Position numbers and translations under genes: made by a program
Source of the DNA: an uncultured delta proteobacterium
GTDB taxonomy: Bacteria; Myxococcota; Myxococcia; SLRQ01
NCBI GenBank assembly: GCA_963727485.1
Contig: CAVSGM010000011.1
Coordinates: 384,001-448,000 of the forward strand
DNA: 64,000 nt
Direction of reading: 5' to 3'
Shown: piece by piece, positions 23,791-32,722 of the stretch
Position numbering within the stretch: the first letter of the stretch is position 1
Layout: each line of letters starts with the position of its first letter
The notes under the pieces: generated by a model
Seen by the model: the letters and a program-made list of their open reading frames with translations, nothing else
What the model was told of the DNA's origin: nothing
Databases searched by the model: none

Positions 23791-25680
23791 CTAGGTCGAC
23801 TGGGTCCAGTCGACGAGGAGCTTGAGGGTCTTCTCCATGTCCGGGACCGTCTTCGGCCCCAGGGAGTTGGTCTCCTCGTAGTGGTCCCCGGGGGCCTCGT
23901 CGAAGTAGGGGTGGTCGGTGTCCAGCTTGAAGTCGTAGGGCGGCACCAGGTACCCCAGCTCGTCGTCCCCGAGGCCGAGGATGATCTTGTAGGTCCCCGG
24001 CAGCTGCTCCTTGTACCAGGTGGTCGGGGCCTTCGAGAGGTCCGGGGGGTTGGGGTTCGCGGGGTCGATGCGGGTCAGGTCCGCCGGGGTCCACTGGTCC
24101 CCGAAGCCCACCGCCAGCTCGCTGAAGAGCTCGCCGGGGACCGAGAGGAAGCTCGCCGGTCCCACCTGCAGCACCATCATCTCGCTCTTCACGTAGCCGC
24201 CGCCCAGCGAGATGGTGCCGGTGAAGTGCGAGCCGTCGGCGTTGTAGACCCGGCGGTCGAAGAGCCCGAGCTCGAAGGCGTACTGGAACTGCTTGTTGTC
24301 CACCGGGAGGTAGAGGGTCTGGGTGCGGAAGGCCACGCCGGGGCCCTTGGCCACCTTGGCCGTCTTCAGCAGGGTGAGGACCTGGGCACCGACGTTCTCG
24401 CCGATGGCCTTCGGCCGGTCCCAGGTCTCCTTGGGCTCGGGGGTGCCGTCCCGGGCGACCACGTCGGTGTGCAGCGGGGTGAGCAGCCCGCCGACCTCGG
24501 CCTGCAGGAACACCGCGATGCCCCCGCGGCCCGCGAGCGCCGGGTTCGACCCCGCCGCCGGGAGCCCGTCCTCCACCGCCCGGCGCAGGTAGCCCACGTA
24601 GTCGGCGGTGATGAGGTTGTTGGTCGAGCCCACCGTCTCCGGGTGGTTCCCCCAGCTGATGAGGTCGGTGATGGTCTTGCCGGTCTGGGCGTCGTCGGCC
24701 TCGATGACCGTGAGGGAGTCGTCGATGATCACCGGGTCGCGGCTGTCGTGGATCAGGCCCTTGGCGCCGGTGCGCCCGGTGGCCATCTTCAGGGTCGCCG
24801 GCTTCGCCGCGTCGTAGGCGGCGATGATGGCGTCGGCGACGTGCCCGATGACCTGGTCCATCCAGGGCCCGTTGACCCCGCTCTTGCTGTAGCCGCTCGG
24901 GAGGCCCACCCCGGGGACGCCGTCCGGCGAGAGGCCCCACTGGCCCATGGAGTCCGGGGCCTCGTGGACGTGGGTGGCGCCGACGAAGAGGGTGTCGAGG
25001 CCGGCGTAGACGTCGGGGCGCTTCTGCTTCACCGCCTCCCGGACCTTCTCCACGTAGCCGTGGAAGAAGCCCACCAGGTCGACGTAGGCGATGGCGACCT
25101 TCACGTCCCCCCGGCCGATGACCACCGCCCGGGCGTCGATCTCGTCGTGGACCCCCTCGGCGGGGCGGTTGTTTCCGAAGCCGGCGAGCCAGAGGCCGTC
25201 GAAGATCCCGTTGCCCTCGGTGCCGTCGGCGTCGGGGCCCGGGTAGCCGGCGTCGCCGGGGCACAGCCCGTCGGAGCCGCAGTCCCGGAAGAAGTCCCAG
25301 ACCCCGTCCCCCTCGGTGCCGTCGGCGTCGGGGCCCGGGTAGCCCGGGTCGCCCTTGCAGAGCATGTCGGTGCCGCAGTCGCGGAAGGCGATCTTGGCCA
25401 GCTCCCCGCAGTGGTCGCCGATGTCGCACTGGCCGGCGGCGGCGGTGCGGTCGAGGTAGGCGGGCAGCGCGGTCTCGAAGCCCGTGGGCGCGATCGAGAC
25501 CTTGGCGACCCCCACGGTCACCGGGTCCGTGTCGGTGTAGCCCTTCTCGCACCCGCTCTGGCCCGGACAGTAGTGCTCCGGTGCCGGCCCGGTGTGGACG
25601 GGCCCGGCGGGCTTGCCACCACAGGCGAAGAGGAGAAGGGAAGACGACAGGAGGACCCCGGCCATGCCTCGTGTGCGCAT
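23791..25680 (-). CDS. Lipoprotein with neutral/alkaline ceramidase-like metallohydrolase domain
   Basis: Lipobox LLFA-C; WLAGFG..GVHDEIDARAVV, ATHVHEAPD, GNHPE, ITADYVG, VPGELF, GLGDDELGY, YEETNS motifs resemble the neutral ceramidase superfamily. Confidence 0.65.
   Translation of the reverse strand: MRTRGMAGVLLSSSLLLFACGGKPAGPVHTGPAPEHYCPGQSGCEKGYTDTDPVTVGVAKVSIAPTGFETALPAYLDRTAAAGQCDIGDHCGELAKIAFRDCGTDMLCKGDPGYPGPDADGTEGDGVWDFFRDCGSDGLCPGDAGYPGPDADGTEGNGIFDGLWLAGFGNNRPAEGVHDEIDARAVVIGRGDVKVAIAYVDLVGFFHGYVEKVREAVKQKRPDVYAGLDTLFVGATHVHEAPDSMGQWGLSPDGVPGVGLPSGYSKSGVNGPWMDQVIGHVADAIIAAYDAAKPATLKMATGRTGAKGLIHDSRDPVIIDDSLTVIEADDAQTGKTITDLISWGNHPETVGSTNNLITADYVGYLRRAVEDGLPAAGSNPALAGRGGIAVFLQAEVGGLLTPLHTDVVARDGTPEPKETWDRPKAIGENVGAQVLTLLKTAKVAKGPGVAFRTQTLYLPVDNKQFQYAFELGLFDRRVYNADGSHFTGTISLGGGYVKSEMMVLQVGPASFLSVPGELFSELAVGFGDQWTPADLTRIDPANPNPPDLSKAPTTWYKEQLPGTYKIILGLGDDELGYLVPPYDFKLDTDHPYFDEAPGDHYEETNSLGPKTVPDMEKTLKLLVDWTQST
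25207..25386 (-). repeat. Two-copy 96-bp in-frame repeat encoding FRDCGxDxLCxGDxGYPGPDADGTEG(D/N)G
   Basis: Direct duplication visible in both DNA and translation. Confidence 0.85.
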
Positions 25681-25764
25681 GCCCGGGATCATACCCGGTG
25701 GAACCGCCCGCGTCATCGAGCGCCGGCGTTGGCGGCCGGGGGGGCCCGGACGTACCCTCGTGGG

Positions 25765-26439
25765 GTGTCCCGCCGCCGCGTCGTCCCCGCCCTCGTCCTG
25801 GCCCTCGTGGGCCTCGGCCTTTCCGCCTCCGCCCGCGCCGGCGCGCCGGGCGAGCTCGAGGTGCAAGTGGGCCAGCAGCGCGTCCTCGACCGCCCGGGGA
25901 TCGCCCGGGTGAGCGTCGGCGATCCCGGGATCGCCCAGGTGACCCCGGTGGCCGGCCACCAGGTGCTGATCACCGGCGTCGCCCCGGGGCGGACCACCCT
26001 CATCCTCTGGTTCCAGGACGGGAAGCGCGAGACCAGGGACGTCGTGGTCCGGGACGCCGGGCGCCTCGGCGAGGTGGAGGGCGTCCTCGGGATCCTGGGC
26101 CTCTCGAAGGTGCTCACGGTGAAGCCCGCCGGCCGCAAGCTGGTGGTCGAGGGCACCCTCGGCACCCTGGCCCAGCTCCGGCGCTTCGACCAGCTCCGCC
26201 AGGCCGAGCCGGGCCTCGTCATCCTGGTGAGGGTCGACCCGCGGGTCTACCAGCGCCTCGCCGAGAAGATCACCGCCGCCCTCCACCGGGCGGGCCTCGC
26301 CGGGGCGCAGGCCACCGCCGTGGGGACCACCGTCTTCCTCGAGGGCACGGTCACCGACCCGGCGGAGAAGCAGCAGGCCGACGACCTCGCCCGGGCAATC
26401 TGGGGCCGGATCCGGACCGGGCGCCTTGAGACCCGCTGA
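25765..26439 (+). CDS. Secreted protein with pilus-secretin N-terminal domain (CpaC/RcpA-like) and BON-like domains, with no secretin barrel
   Basis: Signal peptide; IARVSVGDPGIAQV..VLITGVAPGRTTLILW; two repeats of (K/T)(L/V)xxEGT; GTG start inferred. Confidence 0.7.
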   Translation: MSRRRVVPALVLALVGLGLSASARAGAPGELEVQVGQQRVLDRPGIARVSVGDPGIAQVTPVAGHQVLITGVAPGRTTLILWFQDGKRETRDVVVRDAGRLGEVEGVLGILGLSKVLTVKPAGRKLVVEGTLGTLAQLRRFDQLRQAEPGLVILVRVDPRVYQRLAEKITAALHRAGLAGAQATAVGTTVFLEGTVTDPAEKQQADDLARAIWGRIRTGRLETR

Positions 26440-26470
26440 CCGCCGTCGTATACCGCCGCCAGGAGCCCTG

Positions 26471-27916
26471 ATGGCCCAGCCCGGCAAGCCCCAGCTCAAT
26501 CTCTTCTCCCGCCGGGGCGGCCCCCGGGTGCGCTCGGTCAGCGAGCTCACCGACGAGATCAAGGGCCTCCTCGAGGGACGCTACGCCACCGTGTGGGTCG
26601 CCGGCGAGATCTCCAACTTCCGGCGCCAGTCGAGCGGCCACTGCTACTTCTCCCTCAAGGACGACTCGGCCCAGCTCTCGGCGGTGCTCTTCCGGGGGCA
26701 GGCGCGCTACCTGCGCTTCGATCCCAAGGACGGCCTGGAGGTGCTCGCCAAGGGCCGGATCTCCGTCTACGCCCCGAGGGGCCAGTACCAGCTCATCGTC
26801 GACCACCTCGAGCCGAGGGGCGTCGGGGCCCTCCAGGCGGCCTTCGAGCAGCTCAAGGCCACCCTGGAGAAGGAGGGCCTCTTCGCGCCGGCGCGGAAGG
26901 TCCCCGTCCCGTTCCTCCCCCGGAAGGTGGGCGTGGTCACCAGCCCCACCGGCGCCGCGGTCCGCGACTTCCTCCGGGTGGCCCACCGGCGCCACCCGGG
27001 GATGCCGATCCTGGTCGCCCCGGCGAGGGTCCAGGGCGCCGGCGCCGCCGAGGAGGTGGCCCGCCAGGTGCGCCGCCTCGACGAACGCGGCGACTGCGAC
27101 GTCATCGTGGTGACCCGGGGCGGCGGCTCCATCGAGGATCTCTGGGCCTTCAACGAGGAGGTCGTCGCCCGGGCCATCGCCGCCTGCCGCACCCCGGTGG
27201 TCAGCGCCGTGGGTCACGAGATCGACTTCACCATCGCCGACTTCGTCGCCGACAAGCGCAGCGCCACCCCGTCGGCCGCCGCCGAGGAGGTGGTCCCCGA
27301 CCTGCGCACCCTCCAGCGGGAGCTCCGGGGCCTCGGGGGACGCGTGCGCCTCCTCGCCGAGCGCGACCTCGAGGCCCGCCGCGGTCGCCTCGAGCGCCTC
27401 TTCGCCCGGGCCGGGGATCCCCGCCACGCCCTCGCCAGCCGGCGCCTGGCCCTCGAGGCCCTCCGGGAGCGGGGCGAGGGCGCCATGGCCGCGCGCCTCC
27501 GGGACCAGGGGCGCCGCCTCGCCGGCGACTCCGACCGCCTGCGCCGGGCCCACCCCCGGGCGCGGCTCCAGCAGGACCAGAAGGCCCTCCACGCCACCAC
27601 CAGGCGCCTCCTCGCCGCCAGCCCCGCCCGGCGCATCGACGCCGCCCGCGCCGACCTCGAGGCGAGGTTCCGGGCCGCGGCCACCGTCACCGAGCGGCGC
27701 CTCGCCGAGGCCCGTCGCCGCCAGGCCGCCCTCGCCGCCACCCTCGACGCCCTCTCGCCCCTGAAGGTGCTGGAGCGGGGCTACGGCCTGGTGCGCACCG
27801 AGGACGGAAAGGTGGTCCGCCGCGCCGCGGACCTCAAGCCCGACAATCCCATCCGCGTCGACCTCGCCCGGGGGCGGGTCCGGGCGCGGGTCACCGACAC
27901 CGAGGACGAACGATGA
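26471..27916 (+). CDS. xseA: Exodeoxyribonuclease VII large subunit
   Basis: VWVAGEISN, SGHCYFSLKD, VVTSPTGAAVRD, RGGGSIEDLWAFN, SAVGHEIDFT, LSPLKVLERGY; AGGAG SD. Confidence 0.96.
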   Translation: MAQPGKPQLNLFSRRGGPRVRSVSELTDEIKGLLEGRYATVWVAGEISNFRRQSSGHCYFSLKDDSAQLSAVLFRGQARYLRFDPKDGLEVLAKGRISVYAPRGQYQLIVDHLEPRGVGALQAAFEQLKATLEKEGLFAPARKVPVPFLPRKVGVVTSPTGAAVRDFLRVAHRRHPGMPILVAPARVQGAGAAEEVARQVRRLDERGDCDVIVVTRGGGSIEDLWAFNEEVVARAIAACRTPVVSAVGHEIDFTIADFVADKRSATPSAAAEEVVPDLRTLQRELRGLGGRVRLLAERDLEARRGRLERLFARAGDPRHALASRRLALEALRERGEGAMAARLRDQGRRLAGDSDRLRRAHPRARLQQDQKALHATTRRLLAASPARRIDAARADLEARFRAAATVTERRLAEARRRQAALAATLDALSPLKVLERGYGLVRTEDGKVVRRAADLKPDNPIRVDLARGRVRARVTDTEDER

Positions 27917-28176
27917 GCACCCCCAAGGACAAGTCCCCTGACGACACCCAGGACCTCGCCTACGAGGCCGTGGTCGAGCGCCTGAACCAGACGGTGGAGA
28001 AGCTGGAGAAGGGCGAGCTGCCCCTCGAGGGCCAGATCGCCGCCTTCGAGGAGGGCGTGCGCCTGGTGCGCCGGGGGCAGACCCTCCTCGACGCCGCCGA
28101 GAAGAAGGTCGAGCAGCTCCTCGACAGCGACGCGGTGGCGCCGTTTGCCGGCGGCGACGAGGCCGGCGAGGGGTGA
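27913..28176 (+). CDS. xseB: Exodeoxyribonuclease VII small subunit
   Basis: YEAVVERL..VEKLEKGELPLE..FEEGVRL..LDAAEKKVEQL; ATGA overlap with xseA. Confidence 0.93.
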   Translation: MSTPKDKSPDDTQDLAYEAVVERLNQTVEKLEKGELPLEGQIAAFEEGVRLVRRGQTLLDAAEKKVEQLLDSDAVAPFAGGDEAGEG

Positions 28177-28577
28177 GCGGCGGCACCATCATCGTGGTCG
28201 ACGACGACCCGGAGACCCGGTCGATGCTGCGGCTGGCCCTCGAGTCGGAGGGCCACCGGGTCATCGAGGCCCAGAGCGGCATCCGCCTGGTCAGCGCCCT
28301 CCAGGTGGACCACCCGGACCTGCTCCTCCTCGACGCGGCCCTCGCCTGGACCGACGGCGTGGCCCTGTGCCGGGCGGTGAAGGCGAACCCGGTCTACGAC
28401 CGGCTCCAGGTGGTCTTCCTCTCGGCCCGGCGCGCGCCCGGGGACCTCGAGGCGGGGCTCGCCGCCGGCGCCGTCGACTACTTCCCCAAGCCCGTGGCCC
28501 TCGGGCCGCTCCTGGCGCGGATCGACCAGCTCCTCGCCGACGGGGCGCCCGAGCCCGCGGAGGCGAAGGAGGCCTGA
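28173..28577 (+). CDS. Single-domain response regulator (receiver)
   Basis: VVDDD, PDLLLLD (phospho-Asp), VFLSA, GAVDYFPKP. Confidence 0.9.
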   Translation: MSGGTIIVVDDDPETRSMLRLALESEGHRVIEAQSGIRLVSALQVDHPDLLLLDAALAWTDGVALCRAVKANPVYDRLQVVFLSARRAPGDLEAGLAAGAVDYFPKPVALGPLLARIDQLLADGAPEPAEAKEA

Positions 28578-29476
28578 TGCACCTCGACACCTGGCTCGCC
28601 GAGCGCAAGGAGACCGTCGACGGCTGGCTCCACACCTGGCACGGCGCCCTCGAGGGGCCGGCACCCCTGACCGAGGCCATGGGCTACAGCCTCTTCGCCG
28701 GGGGCAAGCGCCTCCGGCCCGTCCTCGCCCTCGCCGCCGCCGAGGCCTGCGGGGTCAGAGGCGCCCCGGGGCCCCTGGTGGACCTGTGCCGGGCCCTGGA
28801 GCTGGTCCACACCTACAGCCTGATCCACGACGACCTCCCGGCCCTCGACGACGACGACCTCCGCCGGGGTCGGCCCACCTGCCACAAGGTCCACGGCGAG
28901 GCCCTGGCCGTCCTCGCCGGGGACGCTCTGCTCACCGAGGCCTTCCGCTGCCTCGCCGGGCCCGCCGACGCCTCCGCCGAGGAGGCCCGGATCCGTCTCG
29001 CCCTGGTCCGCCGCCTCTCCGCCGCCGCCGGGGCCGGCACGGCGGGCATGGTCGGAGGCCAGGTCCTCGACATCACCCGGGTGGCGGTGGGGCAGGGCCT
29101 CGAGGCGGTGGAGGCGGTCCACCGGGCGAAGACCGGGGCGCTCATCACCTGCGCCGTCGCCGGCGGCGCCGAGGCGGTGGGCGCCGACGCCGCCACCGTG
29201 GCCCGCCTCGAGGCCTACGGCGCCGCCGCGGGCCTCGCCTTCCAGGTGGTCGACGACGTCCTCGACGAGACCGCCGACGCCGAGGCCCTCGGCAAGGCCG
29301 CCGGGAAGGACGCCGAGCGCAACACCGCCACCGTCCCCCGGGCCATCGGCCTCGACGCCGCCCGGGCCCGCGCCGCCGAGCTCACCGGGGCCGCCGTCGA
29401 CGCCGTCGCCGGGCTCGGGGCCGCCGCCGAGCCCCTGGTGGCCCTGGCCCGGCGCATGGAGCAGCGGCGCCAGTGA
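28577..29476 (+). CDS. ispA: Farnesyl/geranylgeranyl diphosphate synthase
   Basis: GGKRLRP, HTYSLIHDDLPALDDDDLRRGRPT, GGQVLD, KTGALI, FQVVDDVLD, GKAAGKD. Confidence 0.93.
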   Translation: MHLDTWLAERKETVDGWLHTWHGALEGPAPLTEAMGYSLFAGGKRLRPVLALAAAEACGVRGAPGPLVDLCRALELVHTYSLIHDDLPALDDDDLRRGRPTCHKVHGEALAVLAGDALLTEAFRCLAGPADASAEEARIRLALVRRLSAAAGAGTAGMVGGQVLDITRVAVGQGLEAVEAVHRAKTGALITCAVAGGAEAVGADAATVARLEAYGAAAGLAFQVVDDVLDETADAEALGKAAGKDAERNTATVPRAIGLDAARARAAELTGAAVDAVAGLGAAAEPLVALARRMEQRRQ

Positions 29477-30237
29477 GCCCCAAGACCCCCCGGGTCCGCC
29501 TCGACGAGCTCCTGGTCGACCGGGGGCTGGCGCCCACCCGGAGCAAGGCCCGGGCCCTGGTGATGGCCGGCGAGGTGGTGGTCGGCGATCAGCGGGTGGA
29601 CAAGCCCGGGCACAAGATCCCCGCCGACGCCGCGGTGCGCCTCAAGGGCGGCGGCATCCCCTACGTGTCCCGGGGTGGGCTGAAGCTCGCCCACGCCCTC
29701 GACGCCTTCGGCCTCGATCCCCAGGGGCTGCGCTGCCTCGACCTCGGGGCGTCGACCGGGGGGTTCACCGACTGCCTGCTCCAGCGCGGGGCGGCGGAGG
29801 TGGTGGCGGTGGACGTGGGCTACGGCCAGCTCGCCCAGAAGCTCCGGGACGACGCCCGGGTCACGGTGATGGAGCGGACCAACGCCCGCTACCTCGAGCT
29901 CGACCACCTCGGCGGGCGGCCGGTGGACCTGGTGGTCGTCGACTGCTCGTTCATCGGTCTGGCGCTCATCCTCCCGGCGGCGCGTCGGTGCCTGGGCCCC
30001 GGGGGCCGGGTGGTGGCCCTGGTGAAGCCCCAGTTCGAGGTGGGCCGGGAGGCGGTGGGCAAGGGCGGGGTGGTGCGCGACGCCGAGGCGCGCCAGGGGG
30101 CGGTGGACCACGTCCGCGCCGAGGCCGAGGCCCTGGGCCTGACGGTGCTGGGGGTGGTCGCCTCGCCGATCACCGGGCCGGCGGGCAACGTGGAGTACCT
30201 CCTCGCCGCCCGCCTCGTGGCGCCCGCCGACTACTGA
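29473..30237 (+). CDS. tlyA: TlyA-family rRNA 2'-O-methyltransferase
   Basis: S4-like RLDELLV, YVSRGGLKL, DLGASTGGFTD, LVKPQFE, SPITGPAGNVEYL. Confidence 0.95.
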   Translation: MSPKTPRVRLDELLVDRGLAPTRSKARALVMAGEVVVGDQRVDKPGHKIPADAAVRLKGGGIPYVSRGGLKLAHALDAFGLDPQGLRCLDLGASTGGFTDCLLQRGAAEVVAVDVGYGQLAQKLRDDARVTVMERTNARYLELDHLGGRPVDLVVVDCSFIGLALILPAARRCLGPGGRVVALVKPQFEVGREAVGKGGVVRDAEARQGAVDHVRAEAEALGLTVLGVVASPITGPAGNVEYLLAARLVAPADY

Positions 30238-32516
30238 TCGACGATGTGGAACTCCACCCGGCGGTTCATCGCCCGCCCGCGCTTGGTGAGGTTCGGGGCG
30301 ATGGGCCGGGTCTCGCCGAAGCCCTGGGCCGCCAGCCGGTCGGGACTGATGCCCTTCTCGATGAGGTACTGGCGCACGGCGTCGGCGCGCTCCTGGGAGA
30401 GGCGCAGGTTGAACGACGCGGGTCCCCGGCTGTCGGTGTGGCCCTCGATGCGCAGCTTCTTGATCCCGTGGGTGGCGATGAGGTCGATGACCTGGTCGAG
30501 GATGGCGTCGGAGTCCGGGAGGATGGTGGCCCTCCCCGAGAGGAAGTGGATCTTCCGCCGGAGCACCAGCTTGTGCCGGCGGATGATCACCAGCCGCCGC
30601 CTCGGCTTGGGGGCCATCTCCACGTCGACCACCACCTTGCCGCCCTCGTCGAGGGTGAGGTCCTTCTGGCGCGCCAGGTAGTGGGGCGCGGTGACGTCGA
30701 GGGTGTACTTCCCCGGGGGCAGGGTGGCGCTGACCTTGCCGTCCTTGGCGGCGTGGAGGACGTCCTGCTTGGCGCCCTTCACCTGGACCTTGGCGGCGAC
30801 GGGCCGGTGGTGCCGGCCCCCGGTGATCGAGAGCGAGAGGCTCCCGGTCTCGACCTTGCGCACCAGGGCGAAGGTGAGCTTCGCGGTGTGGTGGGCGGTG
30901 ATCGTCGCCGAGGCGGTGGCCGGCTTGTAGCCCTCGTGGCTCACGGTCAGGGACACCGGGCCCGGCTTGAGGCCGTGGGTGCGGAAGGCGCCGGTGGTCG
31001 GCGCCGAGGCCACCGGGAGGGCGCCGTCGCTCCCCGAGACCACGATGGCGTCGGCCAGCGGCTTGCCGGTCTTGGCGTCGGTGACGGTGCCGGCGACGAA
31101 GCCCGTGGGCGGGGCCACCTCCACCGGCTTGTCGACCTCCACGGTCCGCTCCCGGGTCTCGGTGATCTTCTCGCTCCTCGAGCCCGGGTCGAAGGCGTAG
31201 GAGAGGCCCGCCATGAAGTTCCAGGGCATGGTCGCGGGGATGCCGGGGATGGCCGCGCCGTTGAGGCCGACGTCCACCGAGAGCATCAGGGTCACGTCGC
31301 GGACCGCGGTGACCCGGGCCCCGAGGGTGAGGACGTGGGAGATGATCTCGCCGTAGCTGAGCTGGCGGACGTTGCCCTGGGCGTCCTTGACCGTGGGCAG
31401 GGGCCCGACGCCGGTGGGCGCCGCCATCCGCCAGGCGACGAAGGGCGTGACCCAGGGCAGGGGCGACTCGACGCCGACCCCGGCGAGGAACCGGTCGTAG
31501 CGGTGGATGCCCAGGGCGAACTCCTCCACCCGGGTGAGCTGCACGGTGCCCGCGAGGTTCCCGGTGCCGTCGGCGGCGAAGCCGAGCTAGACGTGGGCCA
31601 GCAGGGGGAAGCCGTGGAGCACCGGCCGGGCGTCGAAGGTCATCAGGGCCCGGGGGGTGACGCCCACGGCGCCGTAGCCGATGGCGCCGATGGAGGGATA
31701 GATGGAGAGGCGGAGGTCGCCGGCGAGGGTGAAGGCGTCGCTGACCTTCCACAGGCCCTTGGCCCCCAGGGCGGTGTCCCCCTGGATCTGGAGGAGGTTG
31801 GGGCTGGAGACCGAGTTGGTGTTCGAGGCGAAGAGGATCGAGGCGTAGGCCTCGAGCCACCTCTTGGGGGTCCAGGCCACCGAGAAGGTGAGGCCCTGGC
31901 GGCTGTCGTGGTCGCCCTGGACCAGGAAGTTGGACTGGGCGAAGGCCTCGCCGGTGAGCGCCAGGCGGAGGCTGCCCACCGGGCCGGTCTGGGCGGTGTG
32001 GAGGTGGGCCAGGCCCGTGGCCCCCTCGAGGGTGGGGGAGGGGCGGTCGTTGCGCGGGTCGTCCAGGGGGCGGGACCGGGTGGCCGGGGCCACCGCCGAG
32101 GCGCCGTAGGGCTCGACCTTGCGGTCGACGAGCTTGACCCCGAGGACCTTGCGCGTGGGCTTGCCTGCGGCGGCGGCGGCTCCGGCGGCGGCGGAGGGGC
32201 TGGCCGCGGGCGGGCTGCCGGCGGCGGGCGCCGTGGGCGAGGTGCCGGCGCCGGGCGCGGTGTTCGCCGGGGGCGCGGCGCCGGTGGGGGCGGGCGTGGC
32301 GACCGGCGGCGCCGGCGTGGGCGGCGGCGGCTCCTTCTTGGTCTGCTTCTTCTCGGGCTTCTTCTCGGGCTTCGCCTCGGGCTTCGCCTCGGGCTTGGGC
32401 GCCGGCTTCCCCTGGTCGAAGGGGACGAAGTCCTGGGCCCGGGCAGGGCCCGCTCCGGCGGCCAGCGCCAGGACCGCCGCCGTGGCGAGCGCTCGGGCGC
32501 AGGTGCGTCGCTTCAT
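30231..32516 (-). CDS. Outer-membrane protein: signal peptide, Pro/Ala/Lys linker, predicted beta-barrel, carboxypeptidase-regulatory-like repeats and OmpA C-terminal domain; interrupted by an in-frame TAG at 31589-31587
   Basis: ORFs 31587-32516 and 30231-31544 share a frame (span 762 codons); GTVTDAKTGKPLADA..GYKP repeat; OmpA motifs IEGHTDSRG..NLRLSQERA..GFGETRP..NRRVEF. Confidence 0.75.
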
Positions 32517-32535
32517 GACAATCTCCCCATGGGCG

Positions 32536-32626
32536 GACGATTATAGAGGGATCGTCGCCGGAGATCGCGTTTGCAGACCAGGCAAGGCGCGTCACGATAG
32601 CGAGGGACCCCCGGGCTCACTATCAT
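32536..32626. promoter_or_regulatory. Divergent promoter region with two inverted repeats
   Basis: Minus-strand TATAAT (32540-32545) inside GACGAT-N9-ATCGTC (32536-32556); GATAGCGAG-N11-CTCACTATC (32596-32624) overlaps a plus-strand TATCAT (32621-32626). Confidence 0.45.
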
Positions 32627-32722
32627 GGCGCCCGGTGATCGCGCGGGTGACATCGCCTGGCGGGAAGGGCGCGGGCAGGGTGGGCGGGGGGCCGCCGGGG
32701 GACCGGTGCACGCGGGGCCGCG

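Noticed and set aside
31587..31589. Genome-wide TAG recoding
   Set aside because: TAG is the normal terminator of many genes here (accB, accC, sgmX, murI, tolB, tolQ)
30231..32516. TraB (outer-membrane exchange) assignment
   Set aside because: The barrel plus OmpA layout is similar, but there are no thrombospondin type-3 repeats and no adjacent traA
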